Shown one piece after another: positions 63,699-64,000 of a stretch of DNA of 64,000 bases. Numbering within the stretch: the stretch's first letter is position 1; each line of letters opens with the position of its first letter. A program made the position numbers and the translations under genes. The notes beneath the pieces are model-generated. The model was not told the origin of the DNA and did no database searches. It was given only the letters and a program-made list of their open reading frames with translations. Location of the stretch: the NCBI RefSeq assembly GCF_001194135.2, contig NC_068995.1, positions 5,721,693-5,785,692 of the forward strand, in the 5' to 3' direction. The DNA is from Octopus bimaculoides. Lineage: Eukaryota.

Positions 63699-64000
63699 AT
63701 AGTTATGGAACTAGCTACTTTTTTTCCGAACATAGATCACTTTATATGCCCTATTTGAAAATAGATTAAAAAAAATATATATATGTTAATTAGAATTTCA
63801 GATATGACAGACAAAGTGAAGAGCGATAAACTAGAAAAACGATTGTTCGTAAATCGGAGGATAAAAAATGGTTTATATCTCTAAAATAATACGTAAGAAT
63901 TACCTTCTATGCGAAGACTTTTACACAGAAGTCGAATCTACATCGTTCACACATAGAGAGGTTCACATAAACGACACGCATATAGAGGTGTCTTTGGATA

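Overview
AT-rich, repeat-dense animal genomic DNA from a short-read scaffold, with about 19 N-gaps, nearly all next to microsatellites. The SINE repertoire and microsatellite load look like an octopus (coleoid cephalopod) genome; this is recognition from memory, not a database result. No intact protein-coding gene, tRNA, rRNA or CRISPR array is supportable. Most ORF-track entries are translated microsatellites (YI, HT, CV, RE runs), N-gaps or antisense of low-complexity DNA. The window holds: (i) dozens of tRNA-derived SINE copies in five families, labelled here SINE-A (internal (TA)n/(TG)n tract), SINE-B (AAGGCGGCGAGCTGGCAGAA head, (ATT)n tail), SINE-C and SINE-D (shared central domain, different tails) and SINE-E (CORE-type); (ii) decayed Tc1/mariner transposases: two related mariners, one DD37D/maT-like element split by a SINE, and Tc1-like relics; (iii) non-LTR retrotransposon relics (RTE-like, R4/Dong-like, CR1/L2-like). 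The most interesting signal is at 6440-7420. It contains a well-formed minimal type I hammerhead-ribozyme motif (6589-6644, minus strand) inside a direct-plus-inverted repeat structure anchored on a (TA)n tract. A related fold-back and a second degenerate hammerhead-like motif lie at 16.0-16.6 kb. Together these suggest a Penelope-like or retrozyme-like, ribozyme-bearing, microsatellite-associated retroelement family. Coordinates of decayed elements are approximate.
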